Source of the DNA: a virus
Length of the DNA: 64,000 nucleotides
Direction: 5' to 3' (one strand)
IMG/VR virus record: IMGVR_UViG_3300035001_000006
Coordinates: 8,823 to 72,822 of that record
Under the pieces are notes generated by a model. That model worked only from the letters and a program-made list of their open reading frames with translations. It was not told where the DNA came from and searched no databases. Below are positions 44,353 through 54,626 of this stretch, one piece after another; the stretch's first letter is position 1, and every line of letters begins with the position of its first letter. Both the position numbers and the translations under genes were made by a program.

Positions 44353-44655
44353 TTGAACAACGCCAACGCACTCATCCGTGCTGAATTTCGTCAAGGCACC
44401 TGGGAGATCGTAATCCCAGGCTCGAACCCTATCAGCGTCGACCAGCTCCTCATGGACGTCGAAAGCTCGGGTGACGGATTCGCCGTCGGAACGGTACTCG
44501 CCGTCCACGGACTTCCCCAAGACATCGTCGCCGACCCTCCGCCGCGCATGCTGCGCGCACTTGGTGTCGGCTTCCCCATCCGGATCTCCAACACGCCCCG
44601 AGGCTGCAGCCGCGTTCGCTGCGTCGCCGGCAAGAGCCGCCCTGTGAGGGCCTGA
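44353..44655 (+). CDS. Hypothetical protein
   Basis: 100 aa; TTG start, uncertain. Confidence 0.45.
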   Translation: MNNANALIRAEFRQGTWEIVIPGSNPISVDQLLMDVESSGDGFAVGTVLAVHGLPQDIVADPPPRMLRALGVGFPIRISNTPRGCSRVRCVAGKSRPVRA

Positions 44656-44659
44656 CACC

Positions 44660-45895
44660 ATGTACAACTCGAACGACACCCACAAGCTGCTCTCGAAGCT
44701 GGCCGCTACAAAGAGCAAGAACGAGAAGCTGCAGATCCTCAAGTCGGCGAGCCAGATCGACCGCAACACGATGCACCAGGCGATGAACCCGCTCATCACC
44801 TACGGCATCGCCAAGATCGACCCGCCCGCCGAGTTCGGCACCCTGCCCCTCGGCCCCGAGGAGGCGCTGCTGCTGGAGAGGCTCGCCTCCCGCGAGCTGT
44901 CCGGGAACGCCGCCAAGCGAGCGATCTCGATTGCGATGGAGCGACTCACTCCCGAAAGCGCAGAGGTCCTCAAGCGCATCATCACCAAGGACCTGAAGTG
45001 CGGCACTGGCACGACGCTGATCAACGAAATCTGGCCAGGCCTGATCCCCAAGTTCGCCGTCCAGCTGAGCGAGGTCTACGAACCCAAGCGTGTCACAGAG
45101 TGGCCTGTCGGCTTCCAGCGCAAGCTCGACGGCATGCGCGCCGTCGCCATCATCGACCCCGACAAGGGCGAGGTGAACATGGTGAGCCGCGAAGGTCGAC
45201 CGCTGCCCGCGCTCGAGCCCATCGCCGAGTTGCTGCGCTCCAAGCTGGACATCTTCCGCCCCTGGCGCGAGAAGCCGATCTTCCTCGACGGCGAAGCCAC
45301 CAGCGGGACGTTCAACGACACCGTGAGCCAGGTGCGCCGCAAGTCGAAGACTGCCGAAGACGCGGTGTTCAACATCTTCGACGTGTTCGGGCCGGGCGGT
45401 TCGACGATCGAGCTCTCGAGGCGACTCGAGCTGGTCGACTCCATCGTGCCCGCCTACGACGATCCGCGCATCGGCCGTGTCCCCATGAAGCTGTGCTACT
45501 CCGACGAGGAGGTGCAGGCCGCAGTCAACGTGGAGTGGGATGCGGGCGAAGAAGGCGGCATGGTCAAGCGCCTCGACGCGCCCTACGAGCTCAAGCGCGG
45601 CTACAACTGGATGAAGATCAAGGGCTACGACTCGGCCGAGTTCGAGGTGCTCGGCGTGTTCGAAGGCACCGGCCAGTACGTCGGAACTGCCGGCGGGTTC
45701 ATCGTGCGGCTCGAGAACGGCGGCGAGTGCCGCGTGGCGGGCATCACCGAGAAGCTGCGCAGCCTCATCTGGAACAACCCCGAGGTCATCGGCCGGCTCA
45801 TCGAAGTCGGCTTCCACGAGCGCACCCCCGACGGTTCGCTCCGCCACCCCCGGTTCGTCAAGTTCCGGGATACCTTCACCGGAGAAAGGGAATAA
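44660..45895 (+). CDS. lig: ATP-dependent DNA ligase
   Basis: Motif I RKLDGMR, FLDGE, FNIFDV, EEGGMVK, RGYNWMKIK, SLRHPRFVKFR. Confidence 0.92.
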   Translation: MYNSNDTHKLLSKLAATKSKNEKLQILKSASQIDRNTMHQAMNPLITYGIAKIDPPAEFGTLPLGPEEALLLERLASRELSGNAAKRAISIAMERLTPESAEVLKRIITKDLKCGTGTTLINEIWPGLIPKFAVQLSEVYEPKRVTEWPVGFQRKLDGMRAVAIIDPDKGEVNMVSREGRPLPALEPIAELLRSKLDIFRPWREKPIFLDGEATSGTFNDTVSQVRRKSKTAEDAVFNIFDVFGPGGSTIELSRRLELVDSIVPAYDDPRIGRVPMKLCYSDEEVQAAVNVEWDAGEEGGMVKRLDAPYELKRGYNWMKIKGYDSAEFEVLGVFEGTGQYVGTAGGFIVRLENGGECRVAGITEKLRSLIWNNPEVIGRLIEVGFHERTPDGSLRHPRFVKFRDTFTGERE

Positions 45896-45930
45896 TCCTG
45901 CCCACAGCCACTGTCACGCCCCAACCCATC

Positions 45931-46404
45931 ATGCGTTACTCGCCCCGCCCTATCGAAGACTACGGTCGCGTCGCTGGCGGGAAGTTCATAGGGCCCGCAA
46001 CGTCGCTCCTCCTCAAGGAAGAAGTCGAGCGGTGGAACCTCGCGTTCCTCTCGTTCGACTACGACGCGCGCCCCGTGCCGCAGAACCCGCAGTTCACCTC
46101 CCTGGTGGTGAAGACTGTGGCCACGCGGCTGGACACAGGCGAGATCGACTACAGCGCGAGCGGCCCGATGTTGGTCCGCAGCCTGCTCAAGCTGCCCGCA
46201 CCGCAGTTCGTGAAGGTGATTGAGGTCCACTCGATCCTTGCACAGTTGCCGCTCTACAAGGCGCTCGGCAACGCATGGCTTGCGACCATCAAGGAGCGCA
46301 GCTGGCTGTGCTCCACCTCTGACGACGGCACCGACCTCGAGGCAGACCCTCGCGCCGTCGCGGAAGCGCAGAAGCTCTTCGCCGCGCTCATGTCCCGACG
46401 ATAA
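45931..46404 (+). CDS. Hypothetical protein
   Basis: MRYSPRPIEDYGRVAGGKF...; C-terminal part of the ORF-track entry 44998..46404; start uncertain. Confidence 0.6.
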   Translation: MRYSPRPIEDYGRVAGGKFIGPATSLLLKEEVERWNLAFLSFDYDARPVPQNPQFTSLVVKTVATRLDTGEIDYSASGPMLVRSLLKLPAPQFVKVIEVHSILAQLPLYKALGNAWLATIKERSWLCSTSDDGTDLEADPRAVAEAQKLFAALMSRR

Positions 46405-46515
46405 GTGACCGGGCCGGTCACCAACCCCTTCGAGCAGCTCACCAAGCTACTCGAAGCGGCCATCCACGGCCAGGATCTTCCTGGCCCGTCTCCACCTGCT
46501 CTCAAAGAAAACACC

Positions 46516-48036
46516 ATGACGCCATACGAAGCGGTCAGGGAGCGATTCGTCTTTCCGTTCGAACTACGCCCCTATCAAATCGAGGAGGTCAACCGACTCT
46601 CAGAAGGAAACATCGGAGTCTTCCACTACTCCGGCTCTGCCGGCGACCAGGGCGACGGCCTGCACGCGGGCCACTACGACGAGCCTGGCACCGGCAAGAC
46701 CGCGATCTCCACCCACCAGATGCTCTACCAGTTCGAGTTCCACGGCCTCGCGCACTACATCGTGCTGATGCCGCCGATCTTGATCCCGCAGTGGGCGCGG
46801 TGGCTGCGGAGCATCACCCGCAAGGCGACGGGCAAACGCCTGACCGTGACCGAGTGGGTCGGCACGCCGGCGCAGCGCAAGAAGCTCGACACAACGAGCG
46901 AGTTCCTCCTCATGTCGTACCAGATGTTCAAGAACGACTGGGAGCGGCTGTGGGGTATCGCTGAAGGCAAGGTGGTCGGGCTCAACGCGGACGAGGGGCA
47001 TGCGCTCAAGAACATCGAGTCGGCCAACCACAAGGCCTTCTACCAGTTCGTGGGCCATGAGCGACCGCGCATGATCCTGACCGGCACCCCGCTGACAAAG
47101 CCCGGCGACGCCTACGGGCTGTGCCGGCTGATCGCGCCAGGTCGGTATCGGAACCGTCGCCACTTCGAGCAGATCCACGCAGGCGAGCGTGACGACTACG
47201 ACAAGATCCTCACCTGGCAGAACCTCGACGTTCTCGCCGAGAGCATGCGGATCAACTCGAGCCGGATCCTTCGCCGCGAGGTTCAATCGCAGCTGCCGCC
47301 GGTCCAGTTCACGCCCATCGTCTACAAGCTCGACTCCGCCCATCAGAAGCTCTACGAGCGGCTGTCGGTGGAGAAGCTGCTGGAGTACGACGATGGGCGC
47401 GAGATCAACGCGATCAACGAGTCGGCACTCTACGCGGCGCTGCAGCAGATCGTGGTGAACTGGGCCTACTTCGAGGACGACCCGGGCATGCGGCCGGCCA
47501 TCCTCGATGTCATCGACGAGATCTTCGAAGAGATCGGCGAAGGCAAGAAGTTGGCCATCGCGGCGCACTTCGTGCGCTCGAACCAAACGCTCCTTGGGGC
47601 GCTGCAGAAGTACGGCGTCGTGGCCGTATACGGTGAGGTCTCAGCCAAGCAGAAGCAGGCGGCGATCTCACGATTCATCGACGACCCCTCGTGCCGCTGC
47701 ATCCTGCTGCAGCCCTCCTCCGCCGGATTCGGCGTGGACGGGCTGCAGCACGTGTGCAGCGACATGCTGATCGTCGAGGCGCCAACAACGGCGCCCCCGT
47801 TCTGGCAGGTGGTCGCGCGACTTGACCGCGACGGCCAGAAGGATCCCGTCAACTGCCGGATTGCAATCGCCGACAAGACCGTCCAGGTGCGGATGTTCAA
47901 GAACCTGTTGGCCAACGATGCACAGATCAACGCTGTGCAGCGCGGCTACCAGGACCTGAAGGACGCCGTCCTCGGCAATGAAGAGGTGCCGCTCCAGATC
48001 GACGCGACCCAGCCGCAGGAGGCGGAGGTGGCCTAG
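46516..48036 (+). CDS. SNF2/SF2 DNA helicase
   Basis: DEPGTGKT, ADEGHALKN, ILTGTP, SAGFGVDGLQ, QVVARLDRDGQ. Confidence 0.9.
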   Translation: MTPYEAVRERFVFPFELRPYQIEEVNRLSEGNIGVFHYSGSAGDQGDGLHAGHYDEPGTGKTAISTHQMLYQFEFHGLAHYIVLMPPILIPQWARWLRSITRKATGKRLTVTEWVGTPAQRKKLDTTSEFLLMSYQMFKNDWERLWGIAEGKVVGLNADEGHALKNIESANHKAFYQFVGHERPRMILTGTPLTKPGDAYGLCRLIAPGRYRNRRHFEQIHAGERDDYDKILTWQNLDVLAESMRINSSRILRREVQSQLPPVQFTPIVYKLDSAHQKLYERLSVEKLLEYDDGREINAINESALYAALQQIVVNWAYFEDDPGMRPAILDVIDEIFEEIGEGKKLAIAAHFVRSNQTLLGALQKYGVVAVYGEVSAKQKQAAISRFIDDPSCRCILLQPSSAGFGVDGLQHVCSDMLIVEAPTTAPPFWQVVARLDRDGQKDPVNCRIAIADKTVQVRMFKNLLANDAQINAVQRGYQDLKDAVLGNEEVPLQIDATQPQEAEVA

Positions 48037-48069
48037 CGGGCGGCTTTTTAGGGTACGCGGGGTGCGGGT

Positions 48070-48098
48070 TTGCGGAGTCAGAGATTGACCCCTAGAAT
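48070..48098 (+). promoter_or_regulatory. Sigma70-type promoter TTGCGG-N17-TAGAAT
   Basis: Intergenic, upstream of the primase gene; 17-nt spacing. Confidence 0.6.
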
Positions 48099-48209
48099 CT
48101 GCAGCCTTCGGCGCGAAGACGCCGAGCAACCCCGCACAAAAATGAGCGCGGTGAGGCCTAGAGCCCTCCGCCGCTCAGCCCGATAAGAAGAAAAACAAAG
48201 TGGGCGTCA

Positions 48210-51083
48210 ATGAGTTTTCTCTGGTACCAGAAGACAGGCGGTGAAGACGCCTGGGTGGAAGGCCTTGCCGAACACCGACAAAAGATCATCGCCGAGCTCC
48301 ACCCCGCATTCGTGACGGTGCTCGACGCACACACCGCCCCCGACGCAACGTGGGGCCGTGAGGAATACTCGAAGATGAAGTACAGCGGCCCGCTGTACTT
48401 CGACTGGGATGCGGAAGACGTCAAGGAGACGATCCCCCAATTCCAGCTGTTCCTGGCCAAGTTCCAGGACGAACAGGGCGTGGACCTCAAGCAGTTGCGC
48501 CTGTACGCCACCGGCGGCCGCGGCTTCCACTGCGAGGTGCCCGAGGACGTCTTCATGCCGAAGGTGCCCCGCACCGGCGTGCAGAGCCTGCCCTACATCT
48601 ACAAGGAAATGGCGCTCGAGCTGGTCGTGGACACGCTCGACCTACGCGTCTACACGGGCCGCAAGGGGCGCATGTGGCGCACCCCGAACATCGTTCGCAG
48701 CAACGGCAAGTACAAGGTGCCGATCACGCTGGAAGAGGCGTTGAAGATGACGCCGGAGCGCTACGACGAGATCTGCAGCGCGCCGCGCGCGGAACCCGAG
48801 CGTGCCGCCCCGACAACGGCGATGGGCCTGACGGCCCTCTACGTCAAGGCACAGCACAAGATCAACGAGGCGGTGAAGCGCCAGGCCAAGGCCGGTGTTG
48901 ACACTGCGCTCCTGGCCAAGTTCAAGGGCGAGTTCCCCGCAACGATGCAGCGCATCATGGCCGGCGAAGGCATCATGCCCGGCACCGGCTTCCAGAAGCT
49001 CTCGATGCAGCTGGCCATCGCCGCCAACGCGCTCGGCAAGTCCGCGGACGAGCTGGTCGCGGCGGCCGAAGGCCTCTGCAAGACGCACTCGAGCGACTCG
49101 AGCCGCTACAACAGCCCACGCAAGCGCAAGGAAGAGTTGCGGCGGATGTGGGACTACACGCACGACAACCCGTGCTACTCCTTCTCCGCAGGCGGCCTCC
49201 GCTCGCTGCTCGAGCCCGGCGCGCCCTCCGGCGATCTGGACGTCGTCAACCGTTCGCTCGAAGGCCACGTGCCGATGGACGACGAGGAGACGCTCACCGA
49301 GGAGCAGCAGGCCGAAATCGAGCTGGCCAACCGCGGCCAGATGGCCAACGTGATGATCCACCGCCAGGGCATCTTCCTGCGCGGGCCTGAGGGCCTCAAG
49401 CCGCTCAGCCACATCGCGCTGACCAAGCCAACCAGGCTGCTGTCCGCCGAGGACCGCATGCACATCGGGTTCGAGTGCGACGTGCTCGCCGGCGGCGTGC
49501 GCCACTCCACCGCCTACGTCTCCCTCGAGACGTTCAAGTCCCGCGCCAAGATGCACGAGACCTTCTCGAGCTACGGCGGGACCTTCATGGGAAACGACAT
49601 TCAAGCAGGAGCAATCTTGACCGCACTCGACAGCGCCGCGAAGAAGGCCAATCGCGAGGTCTTCGTGGTGCACCGCGAGGGGCTGGACCTTGTCCAGAAC
49701 CCGAACGTGACCGACCAGATCCAGCGTGACGTCATCTGGGCATCGCCCGACGGCGTCCTCTCTCACAACCCCGAGGTGAACTATCGCTTCCGCGCACGTC
49801 TCTCCAACGAGCCGGTGTACCGCAGCGACGTTCACGCCTGCCCGCCGATCGAGGACACCCCCGATACGCGAGCATGGCTGCATCACCTCTTCCAGATCAA
49901 CGAGCCGCTGGTCGTCGCCCAGATGGTCGGATGGTTCGTTTCGACGCTGCACAAGCAGTTCTACCAGGAGGCAACCAACCAGTTTCCGCTCCTTCACCCC
50001 AACGGCAGCGCCGGCTCCGGCAAGACGCAGACCACCGCACTGCTCGCGCGGCTCTGGCACCACACCACGAAACCCCTGCAGTACGGCTGCGGCGTCGCGA
50101 TGACACCCTTCATGCTCAAGTCGGCATGCCAGGGCAGCGCTTCGATCCCGCTGATCCTGGACGAGTACAAGCCGGCCGAACTCGGCCCGGTGCGCACCGA
50201 CCTCCTGCTGCAGACGTTCCGCCTCTCCTACAACCAGGCGCGCGGCGCAACCGGTGGCATCTCCCGCGGCGGCGCCGCGAGCAGCTTCCGGGACGTGACC
50301 AACTTCGACTACAGCGCGCCGATCGTCTTCATGGCTGAGTCGCAGGAGACGCAGACCGCCATCGTGCAGCGCTCGCTGCCCGTCAGCTTCACCCAACGTG
50401 GAAAGGACACCCACTCCGAGCACTTCTACGCGGCTCAGGCCGGCGTCGACTACCTGCCCCGCCTTGGCGCGGCGTTGCTGCGCGCGGGAATGGTCGAGAC
50501 AGTCGAGAGCCGCAAGCAGGCGCTGGCGCCACTCGTCAAGGATCTGCGCGCCTCGCTTGACCACTACGTGCACGACCGCCAGGTCTACAACTTGGCCGTC
50601 GTCCTCGCAGGCCTGAATTTCCTCGACGACGTGCTGCAGATCATCTTCGGTGCCGAGTTGCGCCCAGACCTGGATCGCCTCAAGGAGGCGGTCTACACCA
50701 ACAAGCAGGAGATCGCAGCTCAGGCAGTGAACGAAGCAGCAAAGGCGTTGAACGACATGTCGCTCATCAGCCGAACCGAGGCCCCCGACAGCGAGTTCGC
50801 CCTCCGCGAAGGCGTGGACTACCTGCACGGCGAAGGCTTCATCGAGATCTTGATGCGCGAGTCGTTCGTCAAGTACTTCGCATGGAACAAGAGAAAGGGG
50901 TTCAACGCCCTCTTCTCCAGTGCAGATGCATTCATCGTGGCGATGGCCAAGTTCGACGCCACGATCGACAAACTTTGCCTTAACTCTCCGCTTCGGAAGG
51001 GTGGGCAATCAAGGATCTACCGATTCAGCCTTGAACGGCTGGCGGCAGAAGGCGTCGAGATGTTCCGCCAAGGGCGGGACTGA
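48210..51083 (+). CDS. Primase-helicase (AEP/Prim-Pol N-terminus, P-loop ATPase C-terminus)
   Basis: PLYFDWD, YATGGRGFH (AEP motifs); NGSAGSGKT (Walker A), LILDEYK (Walker B). Confidence 0.85.
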   Translation: MSFLWYQKTGGEDAWVEGLAEHRQKIIAELHPAFVTVLDAHTAPDATWGREEYSKMKYSGPLYFDWDAEDVKETIPQFQLFLAKFQDEQGVDLKQLRLYATGGRGFHCEVPEDVFMPKVPRTGVQSLPYIYKEMALELVVDTLDLRVYTGRKGRMWRTPNIVRSNGKYKVPITLEEALKMTPERYDEICSAPRAEPERAAPTTAMGLTALYVKAQHKINEAVKRQAKAGVDTALLAKFKGEFPATMQRIMAGEGIMPGTGFQKLSMQLAIAANALGKSADELVAAAEGLCKTHSSDSSRYNSPRKRKEELRRMWDYTHDNPCYSFSAGGLRSLLEPGAPSGDLDVVNRSLEGHVPMDDEETLTEEQQAEIELANRGQMANVMIHRQGIFLRGPEGLKPLSHIALTKPTRLLSAEDRMHIGFECDVLAGGVRHSTAYVSLETFKSRAKMHETFSSYGGTFMGNDIQAGAILTALDSAAKKANREVFVVHREGLDLVQNPNVTDQIQRDVIWASPDGVLSHNPEVNYRFRARLSNEPVYRSDVHACPPIEDTPDTRAWLHHLFQINEPLVVAQMVGWFVSTLHKQFYQEATNQFPLLHPNGSAGSGKTQTTALLARLWHHTTKPLQYGCGVAMTPFMLKSACQGSASIPLILDEYKPAELGPVRTDLLLQTFRLSYNQARGATGGISRGGAASSFRDVTNFDYSAPIVFMAESQETQTAIVQRSLPVSFTQRGKDTHSEHFYAAQAGVDYLPRLGAALLRAGMVETVESRKQALAPLVKDLRASLDHYVHDRQVYNLAVVLAGLNFLDDVLQIIFGAELRPDLDRLKEAVYTNKQEIAAQAVNEAAKALNDMSLISRTEAPDSEFALREGVDYLHGEGFIEILMRESFVKYFAWNKRKGFNALFSSADAFIVAMAKFDATIDKLCLNSPLRKGGQSRIYRFSLERLAAEGVEMFRQGRD

Positions 51084-51121
51084 TCGACAGACAAGTGTGT
51101 AAATCGACTAGGAAAAAAACC

Positions 51122-51997
51122 ATGGCACTCAAGAAGCCCGCATTCGAAAACGAACCCACCAACAACGCCACAGATGCCGCCGCCGACACCGGCGCAGACA
51201 CGGCCGTGATGGAGCGCTCGACGCCTTCGAATGCGAACCCCGCAGCAGACGCTGCTGAAACGCCGGTGGCCGCCGCCACCGAAGCGCCCGCCGCTGCCTC
51301 GACCGCTCCCGCGATCGTGAAGGCGGTCAACACCGCCGTCGGCGCGGTGAACGACGCGGCCGCAAAGGCCAAGGCGTTCCAGAAGGAGTTCGACGCCATG
51401 CGCGGCGCAAGCGACTTCAGCTTCGGCAACTACCGCACCTTCAAGGGCAACCAAGGCACGATCTCCGAGTCCGGCGGCGACAAGGCGGATCTGGGCCGCT
51501 GGGCCCAGGTGCGCCTGATCTCCTGGGACGAGCATTTCGAGGTCTCGCCCGGCGAGCAATCGGCTTCGACCAAGGACTTCGTCGCCTACTCGAAGGATGG
51601 CAAGGTCATCGACTCGGCGATCGGCGAGGACGTCAAGGAGTGGGTCGGCCGCTCGGTCGCAGAGTATGTCGAGTACCTGCGGTCCGAGGAAGACTTCAAG
51701 AACGCCAAGTGCCGCCGCTTCATCGACGTGGCGGGCGCCCTGCTGACCTGCGAAAACGGCGACGACTCCCCCCTCGGGACCGTGATCCAGATCACACTGG
51801 CCGAGTCGTCGATTCCGTCGTTCTCCCGCTACCAGCAGGAGCTCAACGACAAGGCGCGCTGCGTCGCGATGGGCATTCCCGGCTTCAAGCTGCCGGATGA
51901 CCCGTTCACCTTCTACTTCATCCGCGAGGCGGCCGAGAAGGGCACCAACAAGTGGACGAAGCTGAAGATCTCGGGCACGCTGCCGGCGAAGATCTGA
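51122..51997 (+). CDS. Putative ssDNA-binding / replication accessory protein
   Basis: Abundant-protein signature (own RBS, followed by a terminator); Ala-rich N-terminus, beta-rich core; position in the replication module. Confidence 0.45.
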   Translation: MALKKPAFENEPTNNATDAAADTGADTAVMERSTPSNANPAADAAETPVAAATEAPAAASTAPAIVKAVNTAVGAVNDAAAKAKAFQKEFDAMRGASDFSFGNYRTFKGNQGTISESGGDKADLGRWAQVRLISWDEHFEVSPGEQSASTKDFVAYSKDGKVIDSAIGEDVKEWVGRSVAEYVEYLRSEEDFKNAKCRRFIDVAGALLTCENGDDSPLGTVIQITLAESSIPSFSRYQQELNDKARCVAMGIPGFKLPDDPFTFYFIREAAEKGTNKWTKLKISGTLPAKI

Positions 51998-52013
51998 TCT
52001 CGCAGTGAACCCT

Positions 52014-52034
52014 GGGGGCCTTCGGGCCCCCTTC
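52014..52034 (+). terminator. Stem-loop terminator
   Basis: GGGGGCC-TTCG-GGCCCCC-TTC. Confidence 0.6.
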
Positions 52035-52042
52035 ACACGAGC

Positions 52043-52786
52043 ATGAGCTTCCCCGACAACGTCCGCTTCTTCGTAGCGGACACAGAAACCACTGGCGCCG
52101 GGCCCGAGGACAAGGTCTGCGAGTTGGGATGGATCGAGATCGACGAGAACATGAACGTTCTCTCCGAGGTCCAGAGCCTGATCGACCCGCAGTACATGAT
52201 CTCGCCCAGCGCGTCAGGCATTCACGGCCTGACCAACGCCGACGTCGAACAGGCGCCGACGATCGAGGAGTTCTTCAGCGTCGACGACCCCAGCTGCTAC
52301 GGCCGCAAGGTCACCGACCCGATCGTCCTCATCGGCCACCGCATCTCATTCGACTACCGCTTCCTGTCGCCCTACATCAACGTGACGCAGGAGCTGTGCA
52401 CGCTGAGGTGGGCGCGCAAGCTGTACCCGCACGCCGACGACCACAAGCTGTCGACGCTGATGTTCGCCCTTGGCCTCCCGCGGCCCGAAGGCGCGCACCG
52501 GGTGATGTCCGACATCTACTCCGCTTTCCACCTCGTGAAGCACATTTGCGAGCGGACGGGCACGACCATCCGACAGCTTGCCGAAGCGAGCATTGCGCCC
52601 ATGGAGGTGGCGATGATGCCGTTCGGAAAGCACAAGGGGCAACCGATCTCCGACGTGCCGAAATCGTATATCCGCTGGGCCATGGACAACATGAAAGACC
52701 TGGACGCCGATTTCGTGCATACTTTTCAGCTCGCTCTCAATAAAAAGAAAAATAATGAGCAATCTACTGCAGGCGCAGGAGCCTAG
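52043..52786 (+). CDS. DEDDh 3'-5' exonuclease (ExoX-like)
   Basis: VADTETTG, GHRISFD, AHRVMSD, and C-terminal MPFGKHKGQPISDVPKSYIRW. Confidence 0.9.
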   Translation: MSFPDNVRFFVADTETTGAGPEDKVCELGWIEIDENMNVLSEVQSLIDPQYMISPSASGIHGLTNADVEQAPTIEEFFSVDDPSCYGRKVTDPIVLIGHRISFDYRFLSPYINVTQELCTLRWARKLYPHADDHKLSTLMFALGLPRPEGAHRVMSDIYSAFHLVKHICERTGTTIRQLAEASIAPMEVAMMPFGKHKGQPISDVPKSYIRWAMDNMKDLDADFVHTFQLALNKKKNNEQSTAGAGA

Positions 52787-53354
52787 CTATCCCGCATTCG
52801 TCCGCAAGCTGTTCAACCGCAGCGGCGACCCCTCCAAAGACTTCGCCCACGCCGTGCTCGGCATCGCGACGGAGAACCACGAGCTTCTCAGCGCAACCGA
52901 TCGCGTGAACGCGATCGAAGAAATCGGCGACGCCGAGTTCTACGCAGTGGCTCTTCAGCAGGTCATCGAGGACCGCTGGCAGCATCCGCTGGAGATGGCC
53001 GCGCTGGAGGACACCATCCAAGAGGACGTCGACCTGATCCTCTCGTCGACAGAGCCGTACGCACTGCTCCAGGACACCACGAACGAGCTTCTCGACCACG
53101 CGAAGCGCTGGGTCGGCTACGGGCGCGCACCCGAGCGGCTCGAGGCCTCCTACACGCTGGCGATAGTCGCGCAGCGTGTGGCCCGCGAACTCAGCCTCGT
53201 GAAGCATGCCGACGCCACCCAGGCGCACATCCGATCCGTGAACATGGCCAAGCTGCTCAAGCGCTACCCCGGTGGCGACTTCGATCAGTTCCGAGCCTTG
53301 CAACGCGACCTGGGTGCCGAGCGTGCGACTCTGGAATCTGCCGTCCTGGGTTGA
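52755..53354 (+). CDS. MazG-like nucleotide pyrophosphohydrolase
   Basis: HAVLGIATENHELL...EEIGDAEFY...NMAKLLKRYP. Confidence 0.75.
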   Translation: MSNLLQAQEPSYPAFVRKLFNRSGDPSKDFAHAVLGIATENHELLSATDRVNAIEEIGDAEFYAVALQQVIEDRWQHPLEMAALEDTIQEDVDLILSSTEPYALLQDTTNELLDHAKRWVGYGRAPERLEASYTLAIVAQRVARELSLVKHADATQAHIRSVNMAKLLKRYPGGDFDQFRALQRDLGAERATLESAVLG

Positions 53355-54306
53355 CCCGAAGAAGGCCCTCCAGACGCTGAACCGCGCTGCCGTTGACGGC
53401 GGCGTCGCTTTAGCGGTGAAGGAGCGCGCGCGGGAGCTTGGCCGCAAGCCACTCTCTAGCGTGCTACTGCCCGGCTTCCACCTCTTCGAGGGCCCCTGCC
53501 CCGTCGCCCCCTACAGCTGGCTGCTGCCGAAGCCCAAGGGCGACGTGCAGGATCTGCTCGGCCTATGGGAGGCGTATGTGGATCAGGACCTCGGCGCGCG
53601 CTATAGCCGGCGGTCACCGCTCGAGGCGATCCAGCGCGACCGCTTCGTCTTGGGGTCGGCAGCCTTCAAGCGCGTCTTCGGCGGACCACGGCACCCCCGC
53701 GATTGGGCGCAGCCGGCGGCAATGATCATCGCCCTCGCGCAACACCTGGAAGGCCAGGAGAACCTGCAGTTCACCCTCTCGAACGCAGCGTTGATGCACG
53801 AGCGCACGCTGCAGCTGCGAATGCACCTGTCCGGCTACATGCTCGAGGTGAGCCACCGAGGCATCTTCTCGAACATGCACCGAAAGGTGGTCTCTCCGCG
53901 CTACCAGGCCTCCGACGCCAAGCTGGAAGGTCTGTGCATCCGTCCGCTGCGATCGGCGCACCCGCTTGCCGTTGCGTTGATGGAGAACGAGGACACCCCG
54001 CACGCTTGCCTGCAGGCCGCCAACGTGGTGCTTCGGGCCGTCCGGCAGGGTCTGCTCGATGAGCAAGACGTGAGGCTCTCAGCTGGCGCAGCGCCGCGCG
54101 CTGCGAGAGAAGAGGCGGTCGTGGCAGCGCTGCAGCTGCTGGACCGCGAAAAGAACCTGCGCCTGGTGTACGACAAGGTCGTGCCCCGCGTGGTTTCTGC
54201 AGCGGAGTTCCGAAATCTCTTCGGGAACCCATTCAGAGGTGTCTCAGCGCCGCGGGCCGACACGGTCGACAAGTGGCGGGCTCACCTCTACTCGCTCGTT
54301 CCATAA
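53323..54306 (+). CDS. Hypothetical protein
   Basis: About 327 aa; start uncertain; no recognised motif. Confidence 0.65.
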   Translation: MRLWNLPSWVDPKKALQTLNRAAVDGGVALAVKERARELGRKPLSSVLLPGFHLFEGPCPVAPYSWLLPKPKGDVQDLLGLWEAYVDQDLGARYSRRSPLEAIQRDRFVLGSAAFKRVFGGPRHPRDWAQPAAMIIALAQHLEGQENLQFTLSNAALMHERTLQLRMHLSGYMLEVSHRGIFSNMHRKVVSPRYQASDAKLEGLCIRPLRSAHPLAVALMENEDTPHACLQAANVVLRAVRQGLLDEQDVRLSAGAAPRAAREEAVVAALQLLDREKNLRLVYDKVVPRVVSAAEFRNLFGNPFRGVSAPRADTVDKWRAHLYSLVP

Positions 54307-54323
54307 CAAGAAGAAGAACAAAA

Positions 54324-54626
54324 ATGGACCAGACAAACGAACAAAAGGTAGCGGCCGCCCGGCAGAAGCAGGCTGCCGTTGCCGAGACCATCCGCGCCGT
54401 GCAGGGTGAGCAGTACCTCGAAATCACGTTCGCACTCGCCGGCATCCTGATGCTGGGCCGTGCGCTCGCTATCGTGGGCCACGCCGAGACCTCCAGGATG
54501 CTTACACAGCAAGCCCTGGTCAACGCCTTCAAAGCGTTCGGGGTCGAGGAGGACGAACAGCTGACGGCGAGCCTTGGCAAGGACGCCCTGTCCCTGGCTG
54601 AAGTGAGCTACGTGCCGGCGACCTGA
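54324..54626 (+). CDS. Hypothetical protein
   Basis: MDQTNEQKVAAARQ...; A-rich leader. Confidence 0.65.
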   Translation: MDQTNEQKVAAARQKQAAVAETIRAVQGEQYLEITFALAGILMLGRALAIVGHAETSRMLTQQALVNAFKAFGVEEDEQLTASLGKDALSLAEVSYVPAT

